64,000 nt of DNA from Daphnia carinata (taxonomy: Eukaryota). The position numbers and the translations under genes are program-made. The notes below the pieces were generated by a model. The model was not told the DNA's origin. It saw nothing but the letters and a program-made list of their open reading frames with translations, and ran no database searches. Of this stretch, positions 38,195-50,638 are shown piece after piece (position 1 is the first letter of the stretch; every line of letters begins with the position of its first letter). The DNA lies in NCBI RefSeq assembly GCF_022539665.2, contig NC_081331.1, positions 14,012,001 through 14,076,000 of the forward strand, in the 5' to 3' direction.

Positions 38195-40245
38195 ATGTGT
38201 GACAGCTGAATAACTCCCGAAAGTCCCAGCTGTTTTATGCAGAATTTTAAGAAAGATGTCACGAGTCGGACGGCGATCGTTTTTCACAAGTTTTCCTCAA
38301 TTGATTAAAGCGACACGGTCTGGCAAATTCTCGTGAAAAAAAGGGATGGGGGGAGTTTAGAACAGGTAGAGACGAATGTGAAGGTTAAAAAGAGGCTGCT
38401 GTACCTTGTAGGTGGACTTTGTGTACAGGTTGCGATGAGGAGGATAGGGCAATCAATCAACGTTTTAAAAAGAATGACTTTCGTGCTGGTGGAAATTCCA
38501 CTTCCCCCACACGTAATCATGTCTGCTGGGGCGAGATTGCAGACACTTCAAAGTGTTTATAACGAGCCCGACCTAAACAGATTACGTGTGTGTGTGCCTC
38601 ATTGGAATTTAAAACAATCAGTCTCTCTCCCCCATTCACCTGTATTACGTAGAAATAATGATCTTGAATCAACTTCAACACGAAAATGAGGATGGAAGAG
38701 AGGGGGGGGGGGTGAAGAAAAGGAGGTCAGGTTCGAAAGCATTTGACTTCAGGCCAGGGCAACGGTTTATTTTATTGTGAATAAAAGTTTAGAATTTCTC
38801 TTTCAATCCCTTAATTTTTGTGCGTGTATTTCTATTCGTTCGTGCGCATCTCCATAATATTCGAGTGTGTGCCACTAGGGCACTGGCACCAGTAGGGGGA
38901 GAGAGTGGAATGCGACATCGTCATCCATCAATTTGTTAATTCGTCTTATAAAATAGCATTGATGTCAGATCGTTGGTTTTCTATCGTTTTGTTTGTTGAC
39001 ATAAAAACGTAAAAATTGAATGACTCAATAGAAAAACAAATCTCTTCGCAACAGTTGCCTTTCCCTCATTCCTCATTTCTTATACGACCCGCCGGGGTCT
39101 TTTGTTGCGTGCGTTCAGTCAAGACGACCACTGTTCGCAAGTTTGCGTAATCCTTTATTTGGCAAAATTCAAATGAAACTGAAAAGTAAATTTTCGTGAG
39201 CCAAAATTCATTTAAAATCATTTCCCATTTTATTTGAAAATATTGCGTTCAATGGGGAAGCGACTTCACGATAAAAGGTCAACGCGTCACATGAATGTAA
39301 TCAGCCGTTGAATCACAAACGGTAAGCGTAACATCAGAAACCAGAAAACATCACGAAGGAACGAAGATCTAATGGAAATGAATTAAAAACCTGCTTAACC
39401 TCGACGTCTGATTCCATCTCTTTTTAACTCTCTCTGGTCTCTCCAGCTGGTTTGGTCCAGGGTCGTCCTTGAGTCATCATTGGCCGTTAAAAAAAAAAAA
39501 AGGAGATGCGCTCCCGCGACCTCGTCGCGTATAATTACCATAAATCTTCCCTTATTTTTTTTTTTTGTTTTGTTTTGTTTTCAAATAAACGAATTTCATC
39601 TTTGAAAGGGGAAATTTTATTTCTCATTGTACGCCTCCTCGAATGGCGACTGTTTGAAAATGCGCAGTCGAGTTGCAGACGTGCGTGCCAATCGTCTCGG
39701 AACCGTTCGCATTTCGGGACGTCTTTGCAGTTATGGTTGAATGACGTCGTTTCTTTTTTTCTTAAAATACGCACACAAAAGAAAGAGAAAAACATCGGCC
39801 GCGTATAATGATAATAATGTGCTATCGTCTTCTTTTTCTAAACGCGGTCGGTCGTCAACTCTCTCAGCTCACGAGCCGTCTGCGGGTTAGCGGCGGGAAA
39901 TCCACCAAGTATTAGGGTCAAACATAAAAAGGGAAATGGCCAACAGTTTAAGCATTTTCTTTCTATATTTCTGTCTCATTTTCTACCGTTTCTAAAGCTT
40001 CAAAAACGAATGGATCGTGTTAAACGTTGGGATCGAATTCAAACTTGGGAAAATGTTAAAGGCACTATACCAATAGCAACTCGCTAGGATTAGGGATACG
40101 GGATATTTACAATTATAAATCCAATGAATCGCACCAAGTTGCATCATTCTTTTATGTGTAAAAAAACATTTTTTATTTATAGGCACACACACGAATATTT
40201 TGATTGGTTTTCATTATGGCATTGTCAAGAGGTGTTTTGTTTCAT

Positions 40246-40775
40246 TTACAGAAGACCAGCTGCCTTCAAATCAGCCAAAAGCTTGACGACATGGTCGGGA
40301 GTAGGGGGAGGAGTTGGCAAATGGTCACCGCTTGGCTGGAAACCGTTCTCATCGGCAACCCAGTTGACGGTGAGGACAACACCATCGGGAGTAGTGAAAG
40401 AGTAAGATCCTTTGGAGACGGTTCCAATGTCTTCTGGCTTAGGTCCAACTTGTTTCTGGCTGCCACTCTCCTGCACTTTAGTGCCATCAGCGCTTACGAA
40501 ACTGCACATAATTAATAAAATAAGTACATTAGGAAACATGTTGCGAGACAAGTCGATCCAAAACGTTACTCGAAAGAATAGCTGCCATCCGCGTTCATTT
40601 CGCTGTTGGATGAGATGATTTCGATGGGTTTCTTTTCGTCATCGAGTTTAGCCGGTGCAGCAGCAGCGACAGCAACCAAAGCGATCAATACCAACTGTTA
40701 AAAACAAATCAACATTTGTTTCATTTCCCAAACACTGCACAAGTTTAAATGTTACCAAAAACTTACGAATTTCAT
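40246..40775 (-). CDS. RR-1 cuticular protein, close to the + array type
   Basis: MKF|LVLIALVAVAAAAP...KKPIEIISSNSEMNADGSYSFD|FVSADG...LKAAGLL*. Confidence 0.93.
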
Positions 40776-41573
40776 GATGATTGTTGTTGTTTGGAGAGGT
40801 GGATATTTCTCGGAGATGAGAATGTTTGTGTGTGACTTGAATCGGCTGATGGTTCGCTTTATATACACGTCTGTCTGCATCTGATCAAGTCTCTCTCTGT
40901 CTGTACCAAGCCAAAAAAAAAAAAAAAAAAAAAAATCACACGAATTCCACGTTGTGGGTGGGAGTTGGCCTCTTCTTCGATTTTTTGTTTTGTTTTGTTT
41001 TCGAAATCTTCTTCACCTTCTTTATGCGAGTTGCTCTTGTGCCAGAAAGGCAATCGACACACATACCATTCGTTTCGGAAATTTCTTTCTTTTCGCTTTT
41101 CGCTTTTCGCTTTTTTGTTTTTTTATGATCGTGTCTTTGAGGTGTGTATTATATGCACATACACGTGTGTGTGGTGGGGCAGGGTTACAAAAAAAAAACT
41201 AATCCTCAAACTATTAACCAAGAGAAAAAAAAAAAAAAAAAAAGGCCGGAGAAAGACATTTTTCTGCTTTGGTTCTTCTTCTTTCTATCCTTTTCTTGGA
41301 AAGAGAGAGGAACAACATCAACCGTTGCCATTCGGTTTCACGTTTCTTCACGGTGCGGCACGTGATCACCTCTCTCGCCATCCCTCGTTATAGGCCAAAT
41401 AGGCAATCAAAACAGCACATATGCAGACAGAGAAGAGAGAGAGGGGAGAGACTCCTCTTCTCCCTACCTGAGGGCAATCATCAACACCATCCAGGGTCAA
41501 CTGTGGCCTGTCCACTTTTACTTTTTCTTCTTCTTGTTATTTATTGCGTGTATTATTATTACTATTCTATGCA

Positions 41574-41575
<2 letters not shown>

Positions 41576-41609
<34 letters not shown>
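41576..41609 (+). repeat. (CT)n microsatellite
   Basis: Uninterrupted CT run. Confidence 0.95.
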
Positions 41610-41612
<3 letters not shown>

Positions 41613-44497
41613 TGTTCATTTCAACTATTTTAACCGATACCATTGCCAACTGGTTAGATGAGGCGCCATTGACTTCATATTTATCTTTAAAAATGCGCCT
41701 CTATCGATTTATCCTTGGCGTTTCAAGTATAATTGAAAAAAAAAAGGAGGTCTTCTTCCTGGATTGTGTATAATAAATGATAGATGCCGCCTGTACATGT
41801 TTTTTGGTTTAAAGGAGTGCTGCGTGAACGTCTTCCTTAGCGCATCCCGCACAGGTAAACCATTCGCTACTAACCTTGAATAATCGTAAAAGATGTGAAA
41901 GGCAATGCACGCGGGGATACATCATTTAAACATATTCACTTCCCACTCGTTGATTTTTCCACCAGGAGTTGCAAAAAAAAAACAAAAAAAAACGCGTGAA
42001 CATTGGAATACAATTGAGCTTTTAACCTTGACTACCGATTCCATCTTGTTACCATACGATGAGAAGAGTCGGTATTATAGACATTTGCAAATGTAAAATC
42101 CATGCGAACTTTGTTCAGGATTAAGAGTTAAACTCTTCTTGATTACTATCGCTGGTAACGAGATGACTATCGAAAAGCGATTGACGAGACAGGCCTGACC
42201 ATTTAAGATGACGACAATCTCATTGGTCACATTGAATTACCCCCTCAGTCTTCTTAGGATTTGTTTTTAAAGACGTGTTTCTAATCGGTGTATAATCAGG
42301 AAGAATTTATTAGCCTCTTCGCATTCGACAACGCGCATTGATACCCATCTATTTAGCCAATGAACTGATAACTTTGCCCGAACTTGATAGATTTTTATCT
42401 TCTCCTTATTAATGGACTTATAAGCAGCGTTTAAAACATTCATTAATTAAACAGACGTTTTGCCTAAATCTCTTAGTGTCGTAGAGTCCTCGGTTACGTA
42501 ACTTTGAAAGTTGCATAAACCTGACCATATATGGGATACCTATCGATATGGGACTGCTGACGTGAGTCGTTGGACTCAAAAACAGTGTCAACAAAAATGA
42601 ACGAAAAGAAAATAAAGCCGAAGTGCTTTCCATTTCCGCGTCCGTCCCCAAAAAAAAAAAATGCCGGCTCGCTTTACACAACAAATACCTTTTTTTTTTT
42701 CTCTTCCTCTTTCTTGTTCAATTTTCCAACAAGTCTATACGACCACTTTCTCTTAACCGCACAAAAGCCACTCCATTTCCTTATGCGTGATTGGCTCCTG
42801 CAGGGTAAAACGTAAACCCAAAACCATTTTCAATAAAAAACTATCGACACGTACGATCGCGGATATCTTCTTCGTTTAGGTGGGAGGGAAAACAAAAGAA
42901 GATTGTCGTGGACGATATGCACACATTTGCTCTTCTGGTATACTACATCGAGTGACTGGCGAATGCGTTCCGTATACGTATGTAAGAAATTGAATTTCAA
43001 AGCAGCACGCAGGCGGATGTAGACTGTCGTTCAAGCATCGAGTGAAGGGGATGTCTATACTTGTATTCAACATTTCACCATGTGTATGTACACCTTGCAC
43101 GGCCTTGACGGCTGCACCTTCTTCACGGATGCGCCTTTTATTGTGTTTGCTATATATTTCAAGAACAGTATATTGAAGAACATTTCATAATCGGTCCTCT
43201 AATTCGAGTTGTTGCGGTGCAGGTACCCGTTTCTAATTGACGTTTGAACGTTTTGTGGCGGCGCTATTGAAATTTTCAACGGCCAAACAAACCGTATCGA
43301 ATGCGTTTCCTCAAATTTCATGATTTTCTTAACGAAGCGGTTAACATTCCCTTCACGTTTAAATACGCATGCTTGTTTAGACGCCGTTCTTCGTGATACG
43401 ATGGGCTTTGACATCAGAAATAATTCTGCCTTCACCAACGAAATTATAATTTGCCCAGAAAATAAAAAGTGAATGAAAAAAATTCAGCACAATGTACTTA
43501 TAATTTTCGTGATTCCCTCTTTTTTGTCTGCATTCAACAACAGATTATAATAAAAAAAAAAAAAAAATTTAGAGGACATGTTGAATAAGAGAAAGGTGTT
43601 TTTTTTCTGGGGGGGGGGGGGGGACGCGATAAGAAATTGAAGGCATACTTCTCAACAAGTAGCATCTTCAAGGACGTAAGACATTTCATGTGTAGAGGTG
43701 CATCAACGAGTTTCTTCTTCGACACTAGCGGCCGATTAGGCAGTGCATTTATCTCCTCCGCGCTAAATTGTGAGAGTCAAAACGGGCAATAGCGGCAACG
43801 TCACACACAACTTTTACTTTGGTGTGTCATTTTATGTGCCGCTATGTGTGTACGTATACTACAGCCTTATGTGTCTGTAAACATCCTCGGCCCTCAAGGC
43901 AACGATGTCTTGATGACTTTTGAATTTCCCCCTTTTTTCTTTCTTTTACCTTTGATGGAAAGGAGAAAATCGAAAGTTGTGGACGGCCTTGGGCCGTCGA
44001 GCACCTGGACTGTGTGCACACGTTTTTTTTTTCTTCTCGTCATATCGTCAATTTTTTCTGTCGGCTTTTTTATTTTTACGATCCGTCACGTAGCGGAAAG
44101 GTTCCCACACAACGACCTGTACGTGTATATTCATATTGATTTTCCCTTTTTCTCTTACTGGCAATCATTTGTTATTATTTTCCAACGTTTATGGCAGAAA
44201 ATAACACAGACACACAAAATGGGACATGAATAACGCGAGTGCCCATCATTTTTGATTTGTCACACTTCCATCTCGTTTATTTCCGTTTGTTATCCAAGGA
44301 TATCACTATAATAGGAGGCCTAAGATTACGTCATCGATTATTATTAGTCCTTTTGTTTGTTTTCCGTTTTCATTCTGTTTTTTTTTTTTTTTTTGTTTTT
44401 TTTTTAGTATAAGAAAATTGTATACAAAGGGAAGGATGGGCCAAAAATGGTTTTGTTTTGTTTCGATTTTGAAAGAATTGGGCAAAAAACATTTTTT

Positions 44498-45131
44498 TTA
44501 TTTACGAAGACCAAGTCTTTGATCGAGGAGTCCGAGCATGAGGAGCTTCTGTTTGGTGCTCATACCGGCGGCGCGGGCCTCGTCGGCGGCGTTGGTGCGG
44601 GCGATAATAGCCAAGGCGCGCTTGATGGCCGGCGACGGCTCCGGGGCGACGGGCAAGTGGGCTCCCTGCGGCTGGAACCCGTTCTCGTCGGCGACGAAGG
44701 TCAGGGCGATTTTCTCGCCTTCCGGAGAGCTGTAGGACCAGGAGCCGCGGGAAGTGGCTCCCGATTCCTCGCCGATCTGTTTCTGGGCTCCTTCCTCTTC
44801 GCGTGTCACGCCATCGGCCGTTTCGAACCTGTTTTTTAAAATCATTTTTAAAGGTGAAAATTCGTTAAGAGATTATACATTTGATGAACTTACTTGAATT
44901 TGTAACTGCCATCCAAGTTGGGTCCTTCGCTCTCGGATGTGATGATTTCAACGGGCGGTTTGACCGCATCCTGCGGCATGGCGGCCACTACGCCGATCAA
45001 AACTGCTAAAACAAATACCTGCGTGTGTTTGCGTCGTACGAAAATCAAAAAGTCGGTTGAACTCTCCATTTTTAAAACGATAAATAATTTTCAAGAAAAG
45101 GTAGAAACGATGAGACGGAACTCACCTTCAT
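44498..45131 (-). CDS. RR-1 cuticular protein with extended basic/amphipathic tail
   Basis: MK|VFVLAVLIGVVAAMPQ...LDGSYKFK|FETADG...FVADENGFQPQGAHLP...GLRK*. Confidence 0.92.
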
Positions 45132-48100
45132 TGTGCGGATGCTTGTGATGATGTGCGACGCTCGCTTGTTGTCTACCTGCCGTTTTATACATTCCGGAAA
45201 AAATGGTGGGCGCCTCCTTGAGAGTGCCTTCGTGAGTCTCTATTTTTTTTTTTTTTTTTTTTTTTTTATCTCTCTCTCTCTCTGTTGCCTGCCTGTTTAC
45301 TGGAGAGGAAGGAACCAACCAACAGAAAACAGAAAAAATCGATTTTCCCTCAAGGACTGCCTTCTCTTTCTTGTGAACACATTTCATCACCTGGTCGTCC
45401 TCCACTTTATCCTCCACCCCCTCTTTCTCTTTCAACTATTCCTTTCTATACACGACGCTTCTTCTTCACAACAAAAACTCTCCATTTCGCTTGAGAAAAA
45501 AAAAAAAAAGAAGAAGAAGAGAACGATGAGCGATGGCGTGTCTCCATATCTCCCTCGCGTACAAGCGTGATAATGTACCTGGTTCTTTTCTTTTTTCTGG
45601 TTCGCATCGTTTCGTCGGCAATGCTTTTTTTTACCTGCCCATTTCTCAACATTCCGTCGTCATGTCTCCCCCTTGAGGTTTTTTTATTTCTCAAGTATTG
45701 TAATGGTTCATTGATGGATAGCATTTATATGGAACCTTCCATGTTCTTAATTTTTTTAAGGTTTTAGACTAGCGTGATTCGAATACTTTTTTGATGAATA
45801 CGACCAGAATCTTGGAACACGAACCTTTCTCTTTCCTTTTCTTTTTTTTTTTTTTTTTTTGTTTTAAGATTCATTTAGTTTATTTGCAATTTCAATGCAT
45901 TGTACGTAACTATGCATATCCGGGATCTGGTTCTGTGCACAGTACAAGGTAAAACCCTCGAAGGAAAAAAAACTATAAAATTACACATTTGCATTTTATT
46001 GTACCGGCCAATTCTGATATCCTGCTAAGATTAATACGATGACTGGAGGGCTGAGTTAATTTACCGCACGTGATCCATCAGCGCCGACAAGCTGACGATC
46101 GAGGCTGATCATTCGTTTTATTACACACAGTATGCAACACACATTAACAGTATTTTGGAATTTAATTAAAGATGGAGGCCGGCGAAAAATGACCTAATCG
46201 CTAGCGTTTTGATGTCCAAATAGGACCTAAATATGTGATGTGATAGTTTCACTTTTGGATCAAAAACAGTTATTATATGACACTGTCATCGTCAGATGCC
46301 TCACGAAACATCAATTTCGCTTAAAGACATTAGGAACTCTTTTCCCCATGTGCGGCCTTTGAAATGAACAAGAAAGTCGGAAAAGAGAAATCTTTTAAAG
46401 TCAATAGACGGCTGGTTTATGCAAGGCGCGTTGGAGCTATACTGGAACTGAAAGGCAAAAAAAGAAGAATTTGCCAGTGTGGTTTCACTTGGTTCGGCAC
46501 CGTGCGAATATGGCATGCCAATTGTGAGGAAGAAAAAAAGGAAAATGCTTTGACTTTAACCGAAATAGAAGGACTAACATAAGCGCCGTTAATGGTCATG
46601 CCTTTGCGAGCAGAGCCCCTCTTCGTTTCTCTACGTATTTCTTTTGTTGTCGATTTCAGGTTATCACACTTTCACCTACGTCCGCGTGCGTGTAATAACA
46701 CCGTCCGCACATACAAACCATTCCTTGCTTATATATCACATGCACGCATCATCTTGTGTTCAGCCTATGTTATTAGCAATCGTTGGTCCAAGACAAACAA
46801 TAAGGGAACTGGCCGGTTGAGGTATTTGTATTCTGCGTACGCTTGCAAAATGAATAAGGATCGCGAAAAGAAAAATGGCAGACATGATGTCTCTGCCGGT
46901 CAGAAGATGATGGTCGCCACGCCCCAGGGTCTACGCCCCTTTAACAGCCTTTTTCAAAAAGCTCATGACTGAAAGCTGTAATGGCTAATAACGTACCACG
47001 TATTGCACATAAGAAAGTCTATAGATGCACGCAGATATTGGCTTATTTCGTCATGACTCCATTTCTCGTTATAAACAACTTCGATCTTCAATCGGCAAGT
47101 TTCCGTCTGATCGATGTCTTATCGATTTGCTTCTGCTCTTACACTCTTACATAGTTCGACATAATGATGGCAAGGATATTCCGTATCAGTAGCCTACCTA
47201 TATATCGACAGCCCACCGTTAAAGAACTGGAACTCTTGGGCTTCCGGTTGTTGGTCAACCGCGTTCGTGATTTGGTTTTGCCCATTCATTTGTTTTGAAC
47301 TGGAGGTTGTACCGGATTAGTATATGATATGAAAATTCCTATAAAACGTAACCCTATGTGATGGTTACAAAAAAAAAATGAAAGTCTCAAATGCGCATCT
47401 CCTCGACCTGTACATCGATTCCATCTAACCAAGAAAAATAAAACGGGGTCAAATGGTTTGGAATTCACGAATCTACCCCCGGACAAGGAGGTTGTAATGA
47501 CTGGGTGGAACACTTAACAATTCATTTTTTCAAAAAACATTTCGCAGAAGACCTACGAAAAAAAAAAACGAGGACAAACGTCAATCAGGCAGACTGTTCT
47601 TCATCTTTAACCTATCATTATCAATGGTATAATTTTCACGTTGGAGGCCGATGTTGACGTCGCTAAATAGTGTTAAGCATGCCGACGGTGCATACAAACT
47701 GACACGGTTGATTACTCACGCGTAACGTCCACACAAGGCGTGTGGTCACGACTGTGTCATCTTCTTCGGCGTGTCAAGGTTGTCGGATCTCAAGCGTAAA
47801 GAACTCGTGAGTCCGGCAGTGAAACACTCTAATCACCCAACAGTGGAGAAAAAAAAAGCTGACGACTTGATTACACTTGCTAACAGTAGCTAAAAATAAG
47901 AAAGCGCACCTGTAGTTTTTTACTATTAGAACGACCTTGCTTCTTTTACCTGTTCAACTTGCGGTTCTTTTCTTTGGAATGTTTTCCTTTTTACCTAAGT
48001 TTTTTTTCCTTCTCTTTTTCTAAACTTTAGCTGCGCACTTTACCACCGCATCTGTGCCACACACGTACCAGTCAATTGAATCCCGCGGCTGAACGATGTC

Positions 48101-49460
48101 AGAAAAAAAAAAGAAATATTTAGAGTCGCATATACGGGAGGTCAACCGCAAAGTTCGTGCAGGACTTTTTTGAGGTTAGTCACCAGAGGGATTCGTAAGA
48201 ATTGCAAAGAGCGTCTCGTGTGTCACGCATAATCGTCGTGATGGCAGCGTGTCCGCTCGCTATTCGTCATACATCGTCGTTTTTGAAGGACGAACATCAA
48301 ACACACCGCGTCATCATTCACAGCAGCATAACTTGCATACGGCACGTAGTTAACGGCCGTAGGTAACGAGCAGCGCGGGAATAAGGTCAATTCTCTCAGT
48401 GTGCCTCATGGTATACGTTATGGAATTTAGATGCGTCTGTCCCTTTTTATATATCAAACAACGTCAATAGCCTTACTGATGACGAGGCACATGGAGCGAA
48501 AGGACAATTCAAGTACAGTACATCGTCAGAGATTTTTATGGGTTTTCCTCTTACTCCGTGTGAACTGCAAGAGTTGAACAAAGCAACAAGCTTTTAGAAA
48601 ATTGAAGAATGAGGGACGATTTGTTATAGGTGGACGTGCAATTCGGAATGGCCGATTGCAAAAGAAACCCATGGAAATGGCAGAGCCATGAAGGGACAGC
48701 ATTGGCCAACGTGCACAAACGCCGAAGATCGTGATTTATGGAGATGGCAAATATGCAGTGGTAAATCAAATAAAAGGAAAGCGCAAAAAAAAAAAGAACA
48801 ATAGAACAAAAATGGCATTAACATTGTGAATATAATGCCATAAAGTGAAGATGGCGAAGAACTGGCATCATTTCCGTGCGCTACACGAAACCCATTGAGC
48901 GCGCGAAATATATTTTTATTTTATTACGAACATGATCGTAAATTTACCACGACTAAAGCTTTGCTTATTCGTAGCCGACATTTGAATATTGTGGTGTTCC
49001 AGCCACATGGTAACTAGAAACTTCTTCCTTTATCAGCTGTCCTTTTGCAAGTTGTGTTCCTATATTTTCTTAGGCGTTCTATAATTTGAATCGATTTAAC
49101 TTACCAAACATTTCTATATGATGAAAATTAATATCTAATAAAAGTGAAAGTGAAACTTCTATTCATTCGCGATGCGTGAGTGAATTAAAAATGAATATTC
49201 GATCATCAAAGGACCTGATGAAAGGATTGGATCTTAAGCGGGTCGAGTGGTTCCCACGGAATCAGTAAACGAAATTGTGCAATCATTAAGCAAACATCCT
49301 TTAAGCGAACCACAGCCGGTTTTATGTATAGCCTTTAATTATTATTATTGTTGTAGTTTAGTGGTGGTATATTGTACAGGTCAAGTGAGTCTCGTCTCGG
49401 AGAGAGCGATTAAACGAATGACAATAAAATAAAAGGGACATTGTTAAATGTTGAGAGATC

Positions 49461-49489
49461 AGAGAGAGAGAAAGAGAGAGAGAGAGAGA
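49461..49489 (+). repeat. Imperfect (AG)n microsatellite
   Basis: Read directly from the sequence. Confidence 0.85.
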
Positions 49490-50145
49490 AAGGAGGCCAT
49501 GACAACAAGCTCCGTTAAAACCCACACATAAAAAATGCAGGCAAATACACATTGGTTACAACGTTTACACCTTTTGGCAAATGCAGGTGGAAAGAAAATT
49601 TCAAAAAAAGAAAAGAACATCACCAAAGAAAACTTGAATAGCGCGAGAGCTATTTGATTTGATGATGATGCGATACGTGAATTGAGGAAGAGATGGACCT
49701 TTGCCAAATGGTTGGCAAAAACAAAAAAAAAAAAACGAACGAAAATTACTGTGTGTGTGTGCCTTATCAATCTTATCGTTTACCTGAATTCACATCTCAA
49801 TGCTCCGTCACAATGGAAATGCAAACGAAATACGCGAAAAGTTGATGCTTACGCCACCGTGTTCATTGCTTTTTTTTTTTTTTGAATAGGCAGGGAAGGG
49901 TATGAGGTACACGGAGGAGGAGAAAGGAAGATGGGTCGTCACGATTTCCCTGCTGCTTATAGATGGTTCGTAATTTTCTTTTGGGTTGGAAGGGAGATTC
50001 CCTGTTTTTCATTCTCGCCTTGTGCAGTTCAACACTGTGTCTGTTTGATCGCAAGAGAAATTTTTCGCTATAAAAGCTGCACGTCCGACAGCTAGAACTT
50101 CAGAAGCTTTCTTGCTCATCTCGCAACCAAAAGCAACAATCCAAC

Positions 50146-50638
50146 ATGCAACCGGTAAGCGTTTCATCTCCTTAAACATTGACAAATGTTGAATGTGTAT
50201 GGTGGTATACAGAATAGCGATTTTAATGATAATTAATTCTTAAATCATTTTCGATTTAGATTTTCGCCATTGCTCTTTTCGCTGCCTTAGTGGCCATCGC
50301 CTCATCCGCACCTCAAGGCGGAAACACTCCAGTGCCGATTCTCAGTTCCGAATTCGATCAGAAGGAGGATGGCAGCTATTCCTTCTCGTAATTCAACCAT
50401 TTTTCCCATAAATTCCATCAATTTCGCAGTACAAATAATTTAATAAATGACTTGAATCAGGTACGAAACCGGAGATGGTATTAAGCGATCAGAGGCTGGA
50501 GCCCAAAAGAAGATCGGCGAAGAGACTGGATCTACTTCCAACGGTAGCATCTCATGGAAAACACCCGAAGGCAAAACTGTTACCATCACCTTCGTAGCTG
50601 ACGAGAGGGGATTCCAACCTAAAGTCACCGTTTCATAA
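50146..50638 (+). CDS. Short RR-1 cuticular protein (104 aa), not in the ORF track
   Basis: Exons 50146-50154 (MQP), 50260-50387 and 50461-50638 total 315 nt. DGSYSFS-YETGDG...GSISWKTPEG...TFVADERGFQPKVTVS*. TATAAAA at ~50069. Confidence 0.9.

Noticed and set aside
35624..43108. FTZ-F1 consensus matches (TCAAGGTCG on - at 35624-35632, TCAAGGCCG on - at 43100-43108)
   Set aside because: Biologically plausible for cuticle genes, but roughly two matches are expected by chance in 64 kb, so there is no enrichment.
30239..49885. Numerous 60-145 aa ORFs rich in K and F runs
   Set aside because: They are translations of poly-A/poly-T tracts with no domains or coherent exon structure.
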